Of a stretch of 37,317 bases of DNA, positions 10,739 to 19,857 are shown one piece after another (within the stretch, counting starts at the first letter, position 1; each line of letters starts with the position of its first letter). The stretch comes from a virus. Its lineage: Duplodnaviria > Heunggongvirae > Uroviricota > Caudoviricetes. Where the stretch lies: IMG/VR virus record IMGVR_UViG_2721755496_000005. One strand, written 5' to 3'. Position numbers and translations under genes: made by a program. Below the pieces are notes generated by a model. That model was not told the origin of the DNA. It made no database searches and saw only the letters and a program-made list of their open reading frames with translations.

Positions 10739-11122
10739 ATGATGCCAGTTAGCCGTTATCTCTGCATTTTCATAAACGTTGGTTTGGGAGAAGCCAGATA
10801 TGTCATTCAGCGAGGAGCTAATGCCAATGGTGCATGGATACGCTGGTCAGATGGTGCAATAGAAGTATTTGGAACCGGTGGATCTAATGATAATGGACTG
10901 GCTAAAGTTGTTTACCCAATTGCACTGCCTAAACTTTCACGTTTTATCAGTATCGCGGAAAGAATAAGAACGGATTACGAGAGCACACCTAATAATGTTC
11001 ACGTTTCAATGATCGTGGATGATCAGGTAACAAATACCGGCTTTTATGCCCGCTGCCAGATGTACGACGGCAGACCATCATCAAATGCTTTTTCCTGGAG
11101 GGTTTATTGTGCGCCTGTTTAA
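10739..11122 (+). CDS. Alternative tail-fibre C-terminal segment (Sv'-like), promoterless in this orientation
   Basis: ORF on the opposite strand to H, starting at the crossover site; both H and this ORF encode LGLGE across the shared core, so inversion would fuse it in frame to the constant part of H. Confidence 0.5.
   Translation: MMPVSRYLCIFINVGLGEARYVIQRGANANGAWIRWSDGAIEVFGTGGSNDNGLAKVVYPIALPKLSRFISIAERIRTDYESTPNNVHVSMIVDDQVTNTGFYARCQMYDGRPSSNAFSWRVYCAPV
10767..10792 (+). repeat. Invertase crossover site, invertase-proximal (hix/gix-like)
   Basis: TTTTCATAAACGTTGGTTTGGGAGAA matches the reverse complement of 12405..12430 at 22 of 26 positions, with the last 13 identical. Confidence 0.6.
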
Positions 11123-11306
11123 TCCAGTTACTTTGACTGAAGTAATCCCCGGTCTTCATGACGTGACCGGGGCTATTGAATTACCGGAGGACAATTGGTT
11201 TTTTACTATGACAGAAATTCCTCAGGGCATGGAGCTAACAATTAATGAGAAAGGCGAACCAATACTAATTGAGGTTAATCAGTCTCAGGGAATACAGGCC
11301 AAATAA
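11085..11306 (+). CDS. Short ORF in the position of an alternative tail-fibre assembly gene (U'-like); possibly truncated
   Basis: Follows the Sv'-like segment and converges on tfa; only about 66-73 aa against about 200 aa for a full Tfa; start uncertain (ATG 11085 or GTG 11109). Confidence 0.3.
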   Translation: MLFPGGFIVRLFNPVTLTEVIPGLHDVTGAIELPEDNWFFTMTEIPQGMELTINEKGEPILIEVNQSQGIQAK

Positions 11307-11883
11307 TATCAGGCGCGGTGCTGGTATCTGTTGCCGTCACCGCGTCAATGTAATCCAGCACCGTGTTAAGTCGGCTGGTTTCTGCCTGCGTCAGATTCCG
11401 TCCGGCCTGTAATTTCAGTTGAATCAGACTGATGGAAGCCATTGCAGTATCAATCAGCGACTGGCGTTGTGCTTCTGCTGCATCTACTGCGGCGCTATGC
11501 TGTGCCTCGGTATCCGTCACCCATTTCTCACCATCCCATTTATCGTATGGTGTTAACGGGGCGATAGTGGTTGTATTATCAGGGTAATCACCCGGAGCTG
11601 TGATTTCTTTTGATTCTCCTGTTTCGGTGCTAAAGACGATTTCACCGCGATGGTCTGGCACATATTCCCATGAGTTAAAATCTGCAGAACGGCAGATTGC
11701 ATAACCAGCCTTATGTGTGCCAGGAGCATCTAAACAGGAATATGCGGGGATACCGACACCCACAGCAAGATATTCAATTGATGCAGAAATATACTCCCGT
11801 GTCTCACTGTCATAGTTATAAACGGTAATCTCTCCTGCCTTTGTGGCAATAAATTTATTATTTAAGATAGCGTTATACATCAT
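11275..11883 (-). CDS. G: Tail fibre assembly protein (gpG / Tfa family)
   Basis: 202-aa ORF after H; C-terminal DTSTAPDIIWP motif resembles the conserved C-terminus of lambda Tfa-type chaperones. Confidence 0.82.
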   Translation of the reverse strand: MMYNAILNNKFIATKAGEITVYNYDSETREYISASIEYLAVGVGIPAYSCLDAPGTHKAGYAICRSADFNSWEYVPDHRGEIVFSTETGESKEITAPGDYPDNTTTIAPLTPYDKWDGEKWVTDTEAQHSAAVDAAEAQRQSLIDTAMASISLIQLKLQAGRNLTQAETSRLNTVLDYIDAVTATDTSTAPDIIWPVFPETD

Positions 11884-13466
11884 GCAGCCCTCACAATGTA
11901 ATTAAATGAAATATTACGTGGGCGTGTCTCTGCTGCACCGACAATACTGGTACTCAACCCCGTTGCCGTTCGTTTGTTATTTTTATTTCCTTCAATCAGA
12001 CAGTTGTAATCATCATTACCAATTAACGAATTGGTGGCATCAATACTGTCCGGGGACAAGGCATTAGTTGTGGAACTTAAAGTCAGCATCTCGTCTGAAC
12101 TTGGAAGATTTTTTAATGGTGTTTCATTGCGTGAAATACCCGCGTAAAAAAAGGACTCATGTCTGTGAGCTTCAAAAGAGTCATCCTGAAGACTTAACAA
12201 GGCTCGCCCCGCATCCACCCCGCGCCCATCATCCCATCCACGAATAAATTCACCGCGTAAATCAGGCAATTTATTTGTCGGGTAAGCCTTTGCCAGTTCC
12301 GGGTATTCTTCAGCAGAAAAAGCCGCACCATTGCATTTCAGCCAGCCTGTTGGCGGAGTGGCTGAAGGCCACGGAACAGGCACCCCAACAGGTAATGCTG
12401 AGCCTTCTCCCAAACCAAGGTATGTGAGAAGACCAGCTACATCCTTTCCACTCAAATTGGTAAGCGTATTGTCCAGCGGTTGTTTACCTGCCAGCGCATT
12501 CAGCATTGTCGTGGCAAAGTTCGGATCATTCCCCAGCGCCGCTGCCAGTTCGTTCAGTGTATCCAGTGCCGCAGGTGCAGAACCCACCATTGCCGCAATC
12601 GCCGATTTCACAAAAGCCGTAGTGGCAATCTGTGTATTGTTGACCGACTGCGCCGCCGTGGGGGCTGTTGGCGTTCCGGTGAGTGCCGGACTCGATAGCG
12701 GCGCTTTCAGTGCCAGCGCATTGTTAATGGTGGTACTGAATTTCGGATCATTGTTAATGGCTACGGCTATTTCTTTCAGCGTGTCCAGCGTGGCTGGCGC
12801 ACCATTAATAAGAGCCGTCAGTGCCGCCTGAACAAATGCGGTGGTCGCAACCTGCGTGGTATTATTCCCCGCCGCTGGCGTTGGCGCTTTGGGGGTTCCG
12901 GTAAACGTTGGACTTTCTTTGGGTGCATACTGTGAATGTGGGTCCGCTGCGGCAAGGTGTTTTGCCATTTGGTCATCCACATACACCTTCAGCTCCAGTG
13001 TCTTATCATCCACATACTTGCGAGTTGCCAGTACTACAGCAGGGTCGATTTTCAGGGTGATATTGTCCGTACTGCTGGTAATCAGCACCATGCGCACGGT
13101 CTGGGTGCGCCCGCTGCCTTCAGCCAGTTGCGGCTTATAGCTTTCCGGGCAGTTGCCCACGGCAATCAATGCCCCGGATTCATCATACAGGCCCACTTCA
13201 CGTATCCACCAACCGCCCTCGTTTTCAGGGATCACCTGTTCAGCAATAATCTGGCTGCTGTTCTGCGGGTCGATATAGAGCATATTCAGCGCAGCCCGGC
13301 GTTTCTCATTTACCAGTGCTGTCTGCTTTGCGTCCGGTGTTGGCAATGTTCCGCCGCCATCGCCGACCGCCATATGGGTAATTTTTAAAGGCACACCGAG
13401 CGCGGCGGCGCTGGCAAGTTTCGCCGCGCCAATATCCGTCAGCAGGGTATAAAATTTTGTGCTCAT
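11880..13466 (-). CDS. H: Tail fibre protein gpH (constant N-terminal part plus invertible C-terminal part)
   Basis: 528-aa ORF; N-terminus MSTKFYTLLTDIGAAKLA resembles P2 H; Gly/Ala/Thr-rich repeats; C-terminal ETRPRNISFNYIVRAA-type tip motif. Confidence 0.85.
   Translation of the reverse strand: MSTKFYTLLTDIGAAKLASAAALGVPLKITHMAVGDGGGTLPTPDAKQTALVNEKRRAALNMLYIDPQNSSQIIAEQVIPENEGGWWIREVGLYDESGALIAVGNCPESYKPQLAEGSGRTQTVRMVLITSSTDNITLKIDPAVVLATRKYVDDKTLELKVYVDDQMAKHLAAADPHSQYAPKESPTFTGTPKAPTPAAGNNTTQVATTAFVQAALTALINGAPATLDTLKEIAVAINNDPKFSTTINNALALKAPLSSPALTGTPTAPTAAQSVNNTQIATTAFVKSAIAAMVGSAPAALDTLNELAAALGNDPNFATTMLNALAGKQPLDNTLTNLSGKDVAGLLTYLGLGEGSALPVGVPVPWPSATPPTGWLKCNGAAFSAEEYPELAKAYPTNKLPDLRGEFIRGWDDGRGVDAGRALLSLQDDSFEAHRHESFFYAGISRNETPLKNLPSSDEMLTLSSTTNALSPDSIDATNSLIGNDDYNCLIEGNKNNKRTATGLSTSIVGAAETRPRNISFNYIVRAA
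12405..12430 (-). repeat. Invertase crossover site inside H (hix/gix-like)
   Basis: Minus strand TTCTCACATACCTTGGTTTGGGAGAA; inverted copy of 10767..10792; about 20 of 26 positions match the hixL sequence as recalled. Confidence 0.6.
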
Positions 13467-14068
13467 GGATTCACTCTCATTGTGTCAATAACATGGACCG
13501 CTCCGCCTTCATGCGCGGTGCCGCCAGAAATAATTGTTTCGTTGATATACGGATAGATCGTGATTTCTTCGCCAAGATAGCTGGCGGCCCCTACCCAATG
13601 CGGACCGCTGGTCTGCAGATTGATGGACATGCCGATCATGTGACGGCTACATGGTTTGGCATCGCTTATCAGTCGCTCAAGTTCCAGATAGGTATCTTCA
13701 GTAATGCCCTGGTCCTGCACGCCGATATCCAGGCGAAACGTGCCCGGTGCCTCTCCGGTCTGCCACCACTCAATAATGCGGATCAGAAAGCCGAACGGCT
13801 CCACCACCCGACGCACGGCACTGGTGGTCCCTTTATGCTGATGAATATAAAAAGCATCCTTCACCACCTGGCGCTTGACGCTTTCTGTCCAGCTCTCGTC
13901 CCAGCGATCCACAGAGAACGCCCAGGCGAGATAAGGCAGGAAACTGACCGGACAGGTTGCCGGATTCCACAAGTCACGCAGCGGCACCTGCAGATCAGAA
14001 ATCCCACTGCAGGTTTGCGCCAGTCGTCGCTCCAGTGAAGTTGAACCCGGTGTCAGCAGACTATTCAT
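13463..14068 (-). CDS. I: Baseplate protein gpI
   Basis: Position between J and H in P2 order; 4-nt overlap with H. Confidence 0.78.
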   Translation of the reverse strand: MNSLLTPGSTSLERRLAQTCSGISDLQVPLRDLWNPATCPVSFLPYLAWAFSVDRWDESWTESVKRQVVKDAFYIHQHKGTTSAVRRVVEPFGFLIRIIEWWQTGEAPGTFRLDIGVQDQGITEDTYLELERLISDAKPCSRHMIGMSINLQTSGPHWVGAASYLGEEITIYPYINETIISGGTAHEGGAVHVIDTMRVNP

Positions 14069-14969
14069 CCGTTCCTCCGTTGGTCACGCTCCACTGCGTA
14101 CATGATGCCGCCTGCGTTTTGTTCAGAACCACATCCGCCAGCGGGGAAGCCAGCTCCACACGCTGCACACCCTCAACATGCAGGGCGGCAAAAATGGCGC
14201 TACGGCGAATATCCCGACCCAGCCGCGTCTGACTGGCGATGTACCTCTGCAGGCTGGCTTTTGCCGCTGCCATTACCGGCTCTGCTTCCGGCCCCGGATA
14301 GAGAAAAATGGTGGCTTCCACGCGATACGGGATGATTTCTGCGCTGCGAACCGTCAGACGGTCAGCCACCGGGCGGACGTTCTCACTGTTCAGGGCGTTC
14401 TCCACCACATCCAGCAGGTCTTTTTCTGCAGTTCCATCGCCTTCGCGGCTAAGAACAGTCAGCACCACCTCTGCAGGTGCCGGGCTGGTTGCACTGGCAT
14501 CCGCCACCCGACCGTCGGCGCTTCGTGCATGAAATTCATAAGCTGCAGTTGGCCCCGCAACTGAAAGCCCTTCAAAGGCTGCGGGCACACGCAGGCGTAA
14601 CGCTTCATCGCTTTCCATCACAGCCGCAACGGGCGGCACAGCGTCATTATCAGCAGGCGTCACCGTCAGGCGTTTCACGTTGTAGTTGGCAGCGAGCTGG
14701 TCAAGATCGCCGCCCATCGCGTAAGCCACCATCACAGCCTGCGCGGCTTCGTTAATGCGCTGGCGCAGAAGCAACTCACGGTAAGCATTCTCCTGCAACA
14801 ATTTGGTGACGGGTTCAGATTCCAGTTCCAGCGTGCGGATCACTGCTTCCTGCTCATCTTTCGGATGAAGCGCCACAAATTCTGCCTTGCGTTCGGTAAG
14901 CAGCGTCTCAAAGTCCGGCACATCCACAATCTGCGGCGCAGGCAACTGCGAAAGGTCAATCACTGCCAT
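14061..14969 (-). CDS. J: Baseplate assembly protein gpJ
   Basis: Start taken at internal ATG 14969 preceded by AGGAG, giving 302 aa as in P2 J. Confidence 0.8.
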   Translation of the reverse strand: MAVIDLSQLPAPQIVDVPDFETLLTERKAEFVALHPKDEQEAVIRTLELESEPVTKLLQENAYRELLLRQRINEAAQAVMVAYAMGGDLDQLAANYNVKRLTVTPADNDAVPPVAAVMESDEALRLRVPAAFEGLSVAGPTAAYEFHARSADGRVADASATSPAPAEVVLTVLSREGDGTAEKDLLDVVENALNSENVRPVADRLTVRSAEIIPYRVEATIFLYPGPEAEPVMAAAKASLQRYIASQTRLGRDIRRSAIFAALHVEGVQRVELASPLADVVLNKTQAASCTQWSVTNGGTDE

Positions 14970-15315
14970 TCTCTGCTCCTGTTGATACGGAAAGGGACAC
15001 AGGCACACCGTTATTCCGCCGCCCGGTCAGCTCCACCACCATAGAACCGTCAAAGTTGCTGTTGATGGTGATGGAATCCAGCGTCAGCCGTGGCTCCCAG
15101 CGACTCAGCGCCACATACACTGCCGACATGACCTGCAGGCGTAACGCCGGATTTTGTGGCTGGTCTATCAGTGCCGACAGCAGGGAACCATATTCCCGGC
15201 GGGCAATGCGGCTACCCTGCGGTGTCAGCAGAATGTCCCGCACCGACTGGCGCAGATGGTCAATATCAGTAATAGCTTTGCCGCTGGTATTGTTCATCCC
15301 GCTATAAAGCGTCAT
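14956..15315 (-). CDS. W: Baseplate protein gpW (gp25-like)
   Basis: 119-aa ORF between V and J. Confidence 0.8.
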   Translation of the reverse strand: MTLYSGMNNTSGKAITDIDHLRQSVRDILLTPQGSRIARREYGSLLSALIDQPQNPALRLQVMSAVYVALSRWEPRLTLDSITINSNFDGSMVVELTGRRNNGVPVSLSVSTGAENGSD

Positions 15316-15890
15316 ACCGGGCCTCCGGTTGTGTCGCCGCCTTTCAGGACGCCAGTATGCTGATGTGCATCAACCACAATTCCGTTAGAACTCATTGCAC
15401 CGCCGCCCTGGGTAACGCCACCATTGATCACTACTTCGCTGTTAATACGCGTGTGGTCAGCCTCCAGCACAAACTCACTGGTTTTCAGGGTGATGTTGTC
15501 GGCAGCCTCAATGACCATGGATTTGATGCCCCTGACATACCAGCGCCCGGTGGCTGGTTCGTATTCAAACCAGCCACCGTCAGGATGTTCTGTCACGCAG
15601 GCTTCCGCCGACGTCGACGGTGGCGCGAACTGATTCGAATAGACAGCGGGCAGCGCAAAGGCGGTTTCCAGATTTCCTCCCAGACTCAGCAGCACCACCT
15701 GCTCACCTTCCGATGGTCGCCACCATGTGCGGGCATTCCCGGCACGCAGCGTCAGCCAGCTGATCCAGTTGGTTTCAAGCTCGCCCGTTTTCACCCGGCA
15801 AAGCCAGTTTTCCCTGTCCACTTCGGTGACTACCCCTGTGCGGATCAGGTTGGTGATAAGGCGCATGATTTCGGTTAATTGTGCGTTCAT
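15312..15890 (-). CDS. V: Baseplate spike/hub protein gpV
   Basis: 192-aa ORF, first gene of the V-W-J-I-H block. Confidence 0.8.
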   Translation of the reverse strand: MNAQLTEIMRLITNLIRTGVVTEVDRENWLCRVKTGELETNWISWLTLRAGNARTWWRPSEGEQVVLLSLGGNLETAFALPAVYSNQFAPPSTSAEACVTEHPDGGWFEYEPATGRWYVRGIKSMVIEAADNITLKTSEFVLEADHTRINSEVVINGGVTQGGGAMSSNGIVVDAHQHTGVLKGGDTTGGPV

Positions 15891-15936
15891 AGGGAAAGGT
15901 TGCCATCAGGGGAAGAAAGGCGGCAGTGCTGCAACT

Positions 15937-15954
15937 TGTATCAGTGCTGATACA
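15937..15954 (-). promoter_or_regulatory. Candidate Ogr-binding dyad (TGT-N12-ACA) upstream of V
   Basis: tgtatcag tg ctgataca, a near-perfect palindrome with 8-bp arms, between S and V. Confidence 0.35.
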
Positions 15955-15958
15955 AAGA

Positions 15959-16405
15959 TCACCCCGCCAGCCATTGCAGAATCATGTCGCGGGTCATTGC
16001 CTCAACATCATCATTTACACCCAGCAGGCGGCGCTCTGCGTAACGGACCTCCGGTCCTTTGCGACTGACGCGATCACGCAGGCCGTAATGGTGAACACGG
16101 GCAATACGCTGCACCTTGCCTTCAAACTGTACGCTGGCAGAGTCGGCGCTGGCGGCAGTTTTCAGGTATTTTGTGGTGCGCAGCTTTGCAAACATCTGAC
16201 GTTTGATGCGCCCCTTCTTGCTGCGTGCTGTTACCCTGCGCGGTTCATAGCTGCTGCCGTCAGGGTTGCGCTGCATCCTGATATTTTGCTGCTGTGTCCG
16301 GCGCATTTCCTGCGCCAGCTGACGCATCATGCGAATTCTTGCGGCTGGCTCCAGATTCGCCAGCAAGGCACTCAGCCAGTCGTCCACTTTCTGCAGTTCA
16401 GCCAC
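15959..16405 (-). CDS. S: Tail completion protein gpS
   Basis: 148-aa ORF in P2 order after R. Confidence 0.75.
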   Translation of the reverse strand: MAELQKVDDWLSALLANLEPAARIRMMRQLAQEMRRTQQQNIRMQRNPDGSSYEPRRVTARSKKGRIKRQMFAKLRTTKYLKTAASADSASVQFEGKVQRIARVHHYGLRDRVSRKGPEVRYAERRLLGVNDDVEAMTRDMILQWLAG

Positions 16406-16850
16406 GTTTCACCGTCCACATTTCTTCAGGTTCATCGGGTTCCGTTATCGCTTCAACGCTCGACACACTTCCGTCAGTGCTGACCAGCACACGCTCCGTC
16501 AGTTGCAGGTTCAGGCTGATATCACAGACATCATTGCGCAGAATATCCACCTCAAAGGTGAATAACTTTTCCCGTAACGTCGGGTTATTGATGGCATCGG
16601 GCTGGTTATCCCGCAGCCACAGCAAAACCGGAGCCATCAGCAGATTCTGGTCGCCGCTGAAATCCTCGATCACCACGTTCAGGGTGTAACGGTACTCCCA
16701 TGACATGGAGCTGGCCCCCGTAGCAACCAGCGAACCGTTCTCCACAAACAGATGCAGTTTGTCCGGGTTATTGCGGACATAAGGCACCGCTTTATTGATG
16801 GCGTGGCGCAGGGATTGTGGTTTGTTCACTGTTTCGCTCCTGACACGCAA
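16398..16850 (-). CDS. R: Tail completion protein gpR
   Basis: 150-aa ORF in P2 order after the lysis genes. Confidence 0.75.
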   Translation of the reverse strand: MRVRSETVNKPQSLRHAINKAVPYVRNNPDKLHLFVENGSLVATGASSMSWEYRYTLNVVIEDFSGDQNLLMAPVLLWLRDNQPDAINNPTLREKLFTFEVDILRNDVCDISLNLQLTERVLVSTDGSVSSVEAITEPDEPEEMWTVKRG

Positions 16851-17082
16851 TAATCATGTCTACTTTGTCTGCACAGACCGCCCAGGCGGCCTCCGTTTCA
16901 TCCAGCAACGCGTTCAGATCACCGTTAGTGCGCAGCGTTGCCTGATCCAGCCGACACGGCGTCACTCGCGGACAACCACTGACGGTAAGCTGCACCTCCG
17001 GTGAGTGTGGGGCGTTCCCGCATCCGGATAATGTCAGCAGGCAAAGGAGTATCAGCCCAGCGGCGTAAATCCTCGTTCTCAC
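16792..17082 (-). CDS. lysC: LysC (Rz1-like outer-membrane lipoprotein spanin)
   Basis: Signal peptide with lipobox LTLSGC; starts inside lysB in another frame. Confidence 0.7.
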   Translation of the reverse strand: MRTRIYAAGLILLCLLTLSGCGNAPHSPEVQLTVSGCPRVTPCRLDQATLRTNGDLNALLDETEAAWAVCADKVDMIIACQERNSEQTTIPAPRHQ

Positions 17083-17353
17083 GTTTCAGTTCCTCGATCC
17101 GGCGTTGTCGTTGTCTCTGCAGTGCGCTGGTCTGTTCTGCTTTGGCATAGAGCCGCGTCTGCTCCCGGTTATTGGTTTCAGCCAGAATGGACAGGCTGAT
17201 CAGCTGGCTGTTGCTCTTTACCAGTGCCTGGCTTTTGCTCCGAAGCTCGTCTGCCTGCGTGCTGATGGTCTGGCTGGCATCAGCCAGCCGCCACGTCTGC
17301 CAGCCCAGCGCAGCCAGTAATAACGCCAGCACAACCAGCAGCAACCGATTCAT
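16925..17353 (-). CDS. lysB: LysB (Rz-like inner-membrane spanin)
   Basis: N-terminal transmembrane helix followed by a coiled-coil periplasmic region; 142 aa. Confidence 0.75.
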   Translation of the reverse strand: MNRLLLVVLALLLAALGWQTWRLADASQTISTQADELRSKSQALVKSNSQLISLSILAETNNREQTRLYAKAEQTSALQRQRQRRIEELKRENEDLRRWADTPLPADIIRMRERPTLTGGAAYRQWLSASDAVSAGSGNAAH

Positions 17354-17727
17354 GCTGCTACCTGTTGCGCCATCTGATTACGGGTGATCCAGAAGGCAAT
17401 AACGGTCAGCAGATAAAAGACCAGGGTAATAGCCCACCCCGTCCAGGCGAGACTTACAACAATCAGCAATCGCATCACCCAACTGATAAATACGTTTTCT
17501 TTTCGGGTAATTGTCTTCAGTAAAGATGCCCTTAACTCCTGCCAGAGCGGGCCATTCTTAATTAACGCAGCCAGTGCTACCGGAATTACCGCCCATGTCA
17601 GCAAACAGGCTACCCAAACGCCGGACGCTGCCAGTACCGGAAAAATCCCCTGCGGATACACCATTGCTGCGATTAACAGCGCCATCCATAACATCAGAAA
17701 CAGCCCGCTAATTACTTTCTTTTTCAT
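17350..17727 (-). CDS. lysA: LysA (lysis timing membrane protein)
   Basis: Start taken at ATG 17727 (MKKKV...), several transmembrane segments, about 125 aa. Confidence 0.6.
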   Translation of the reverse strand: MKKKVISGLFLMLWMALLIAAMVYPQGIFPVLAASGVWVACLLTWAVIPVALAALIKNGPLWQELRASLLKTITRKENVFISWVMRLLIVVSLAWTGWAITLVFYLLTVIAFWITRNQMAQQVAA

Positions 17728-17728
17728 T

Positions 17729-18241
17729 TCAGTTTGCTCCCTGTAAACACCAGGCCATCTCCCGCGCACGGCGGTTATCCAGCCCCTGATTAAACACACC
17801 TTTGACATAAACCCAGCGCGGCAACTGTCGGCACGCATCCGCCCAGCGCCGCTGATTGAGCAATTTCACCAGCGTGGAACTACAGGCATTGCCCGTCCCC
17901 ACGTTGAAGGCAAACGACACCGTAGCGTCATACACCTTCTGCGGCGGCTGTTGCTTCACACACCTTTCCAGCGCCCGCTCCACACGTAGTACGTTGGAGA
18001 TCAGCCCTTCTGCTGCCTGTCGTTCCGTAATAGTTTTGCCGGGAATGACGCCCGACGTATTACCAATGCCGTCGGTCCAGACACCCGCGCTGCACTGATA
18101 CGGCTGCAGACGACAGCCTTCGTAATCGGCGATCAGTTTCAGCCCCTCCACGGAGGTGTGAAGCTGCTGAAACCCCGGCAGCGTGGCAGCAATAGCCAGC
18201 ACGGCCCCGACAAGGCAGCGTTTAACGATTGATGGATTCAT
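17729..18241 (-). CDS. K: Endolysin gpK (lysozyme-like) with N-terminal signal-anchor
   Basis: 170-aa ORF in the position of P2 K, hydrophobic N-terminus. Confidence 0.8.
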   Translation of the reverse strand: MNPSIVKRCLVGAVLAIAATLPGFQQLHTSVEGLKLIADYEGCRLQPYQCSAGVWTDGIGNTSGVIPGKTITERQAAEGLISNVLRVERALERCVKQQPPQKVYDATVSFAFNVGTGNACSSTLVKLLNQRRWADACRQLPRWVYVKGVFNQGLDNRRAREMAWCLQGAN

Positions 18242-18437
18242 AGTCCTCCCGCGAGATCTGCCCGTCGCGCAGAAGCTGGTAGGCTTTGTGTTTGTAGTAC
18301 CAGTTGATAGCCAGCATCAGCACACCGATCATCAGGCCGCCCAGCGTTGAGGCATCCTTGATGGACAAATCGCCCAGCCAGGCCAGCACGACGGCGATGC
18401 AATACGTGATAAAGGCGCTGATTCGCTCAAGCGTCAT
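18222..18437 (-). CDS. Putative holin (gpY-like)
   Basis: 71-aa ORF with two hydrophobic segments and a charged C-terminus, immediately upstream of the endolysin. Confidence 0.55.
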   Translation of the reverse strand: MTLERISAFITYCIAVVLAWLGDLSIKDASTLGGLMIGVLMLAINWYYKHKAYQLLRDGQISREDYESINR

Positions 18438-18440
18438 AAT

Positions 18441-18644
18441 TCAGTCCCATAGCTGGACGGTCTGCACAGTGGTGGTAGTCGGAATGTCCGGCAGCTCCAC
18501 CTGCAGCCCGTGAGGTAAAAAGGGGCCGTATTCGGCAAGCCCCGGATTTGCCTTCAGTACCTGCTCCGTGACACCCTGCGTGCGCCCGTAATGACGCCAG
18601 CAAAGCGCGTCCACCGTGTCATACTGATGCGCACGCACTTTCAT
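18441..18644 (-). CDS. X: Tail protein gpX
   Basis: 67-aa ORF, same size and position as P2 X. Confidence 0.75.
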   Translation of the reverse strand: MKVRAHQYDTVDALCWRHYGRTQGVTEQVLKANPGLAEYGPFLPHGLQVELPDIPTTTTVQTVQLWD

Positions 18645-19108
18645 CAGATAAGCTCCACTGTGCAGTGCGGCGCGTCCTGTACCCGGCTGATGGCCCAGCG
18701 GGCGTCACGCCACAAATCACCGCTGGCTTCTGCCAGTTCCTCGCCCCGCTTCACACCGGATGCCGTGGTGTCATAGTCCTGGTATCGTTCGTTGAGCATG
18801 GCGCGTGCCCAACAGTAAACCGCGTTGAAATAGTGCTGAATGCGCTCACTTTTGCCGTCCAGCTGTTCCGCCGGAACCTCTGCCAGCGAGGCATACCCCA
18901 GCACCTGCTGGCGCCTGCGAAACTCATACAGCTCTGCGTTGACCTCCGAAATTGCCGACAGCGCAACCTGCTTTAAACGCGGCTGCGTCACCGTGCCGTC
19001 AGTGCGCATCACACTGCGAAACTCCGACAGGTCCACATCAGGCCAGAACGGCGTATTTCTGATGATTTCCGCCTGTTCCGGTGCCTGTTCTGGCGCAACA
19101 AACTTCAT
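18644..19108 (-). CDS. L: Head completion protein gpL
   Basis: Start chosen at ATG 19108 preceded by AGGAGA; the track ORF extends to a GTG at 19171. Confidence 0.72.
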   Translation of the reverse strand: MKFVAPEQAPEQAEIIRNTPFWPDVDLSEFRSVMRTDGTVTQPRLKQVALSAISEVNAELYEFRRRQQVLGYASLAEVPAEQLDGKSERIQHYFNAVYCWARAMLNERYQDYDTTASGVKRGEELAEASGDLWRDARWAISRVQDAPHCTVELI

Positions 19109-19203
19109 GCTGCTTTCTCCTGAAATAGAGGGCGGTGGACGGGATTTTGATGTGGCAGTGCCTTTCGCCACCCCGTGCCGCCCGTGCGCGGGGGCACGTT
19201 CTG

Positions 19204-19854
19204 TCAGCGGCTGTCATTGCGCAGTCTGCGCTCCAGCTGCTGTTTGTCTTTTTTCACGCCACAGCGGGGATCGAGCTGTAACGCATGGTTGAGATGATTA
19301 AGGGCGGACGCCGGATTGCTTTCACTCAGGACCGCGCCAATCGCTTTATGCAGACGTGCCCGTGACTGGTCCGGCATATCCAGACCGTCTGTCAGCTCCA
19401 GCGTCTGCAGCAACAGATCGGCATCAAAGCCGGTGGCGGCAAGCATTGCGCTCTGGGCTGCGTCTGCCATTTCCTCTGCCAGCACGGTCTGCACGTTGCG
19501 GTTACCCAGCGGCATCACCCAGCCATGACGCAGGGCATGACGCCCGATCTCCAGCGCCCCGGCATAATCTCCGGCATCAATGCGCCACAGCATCACGTAC
19601 ATCAGCACGTCATCCTGTTGCGCGCCTCCGGCAGCCAGGACACCCTCCGCCCAGGCGGCGTACTTCGGCAGCAGCTCCACCTTGATTTCCGCTTTTTTGA
19701 CCGTGGACTGAACGCCCTTGAGACGGCGGCGGTCTTCCGCCAGTTGCAGCAGCATCAGGTCATAGCCCGACGCGTGGCGAACACTGCCGCCCTCGCGGGC
19801 GGCCTGTTCAGCCTGAACGCGCAGGCGATGCTGCCGTGCGGGACTCAGGCTCAT
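19204..19854 (-). CDS. M: Terminase endonuclease subunit gpM (small terminase)
   Basis: 216-aa ORF between N and L in P2 order. Confidence 0.8.
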   Translation of the reverse strand: MSLSPARQHRLRVQAEQAAREGGSVRHASGYDLMLLQLAEDRRRLKGVQSTVKKAEIKVELLPKYAAWAEGVLAAGGAQQDDVLMYVMLWRIDAGDYAGALEIGRHALRHGWVMPLGNRNVQTVLAEEMADAAQSAMLAATGFDADLLLQTLELTDGLDMPDQSRARLHKAIGAVLSESNPASALNHLNHALQLDPRCGVKKDKQQLERRLRNDSR

Positions 19855-19857
19855 GAA

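Noticed and set aside
12331-13388. Several + strand ORFs (up to 166 aa) overlapping the tail fibre gene H
   Set aside because: All are antisense to H and Cys/Arg-rich or low complexity; no independent support.
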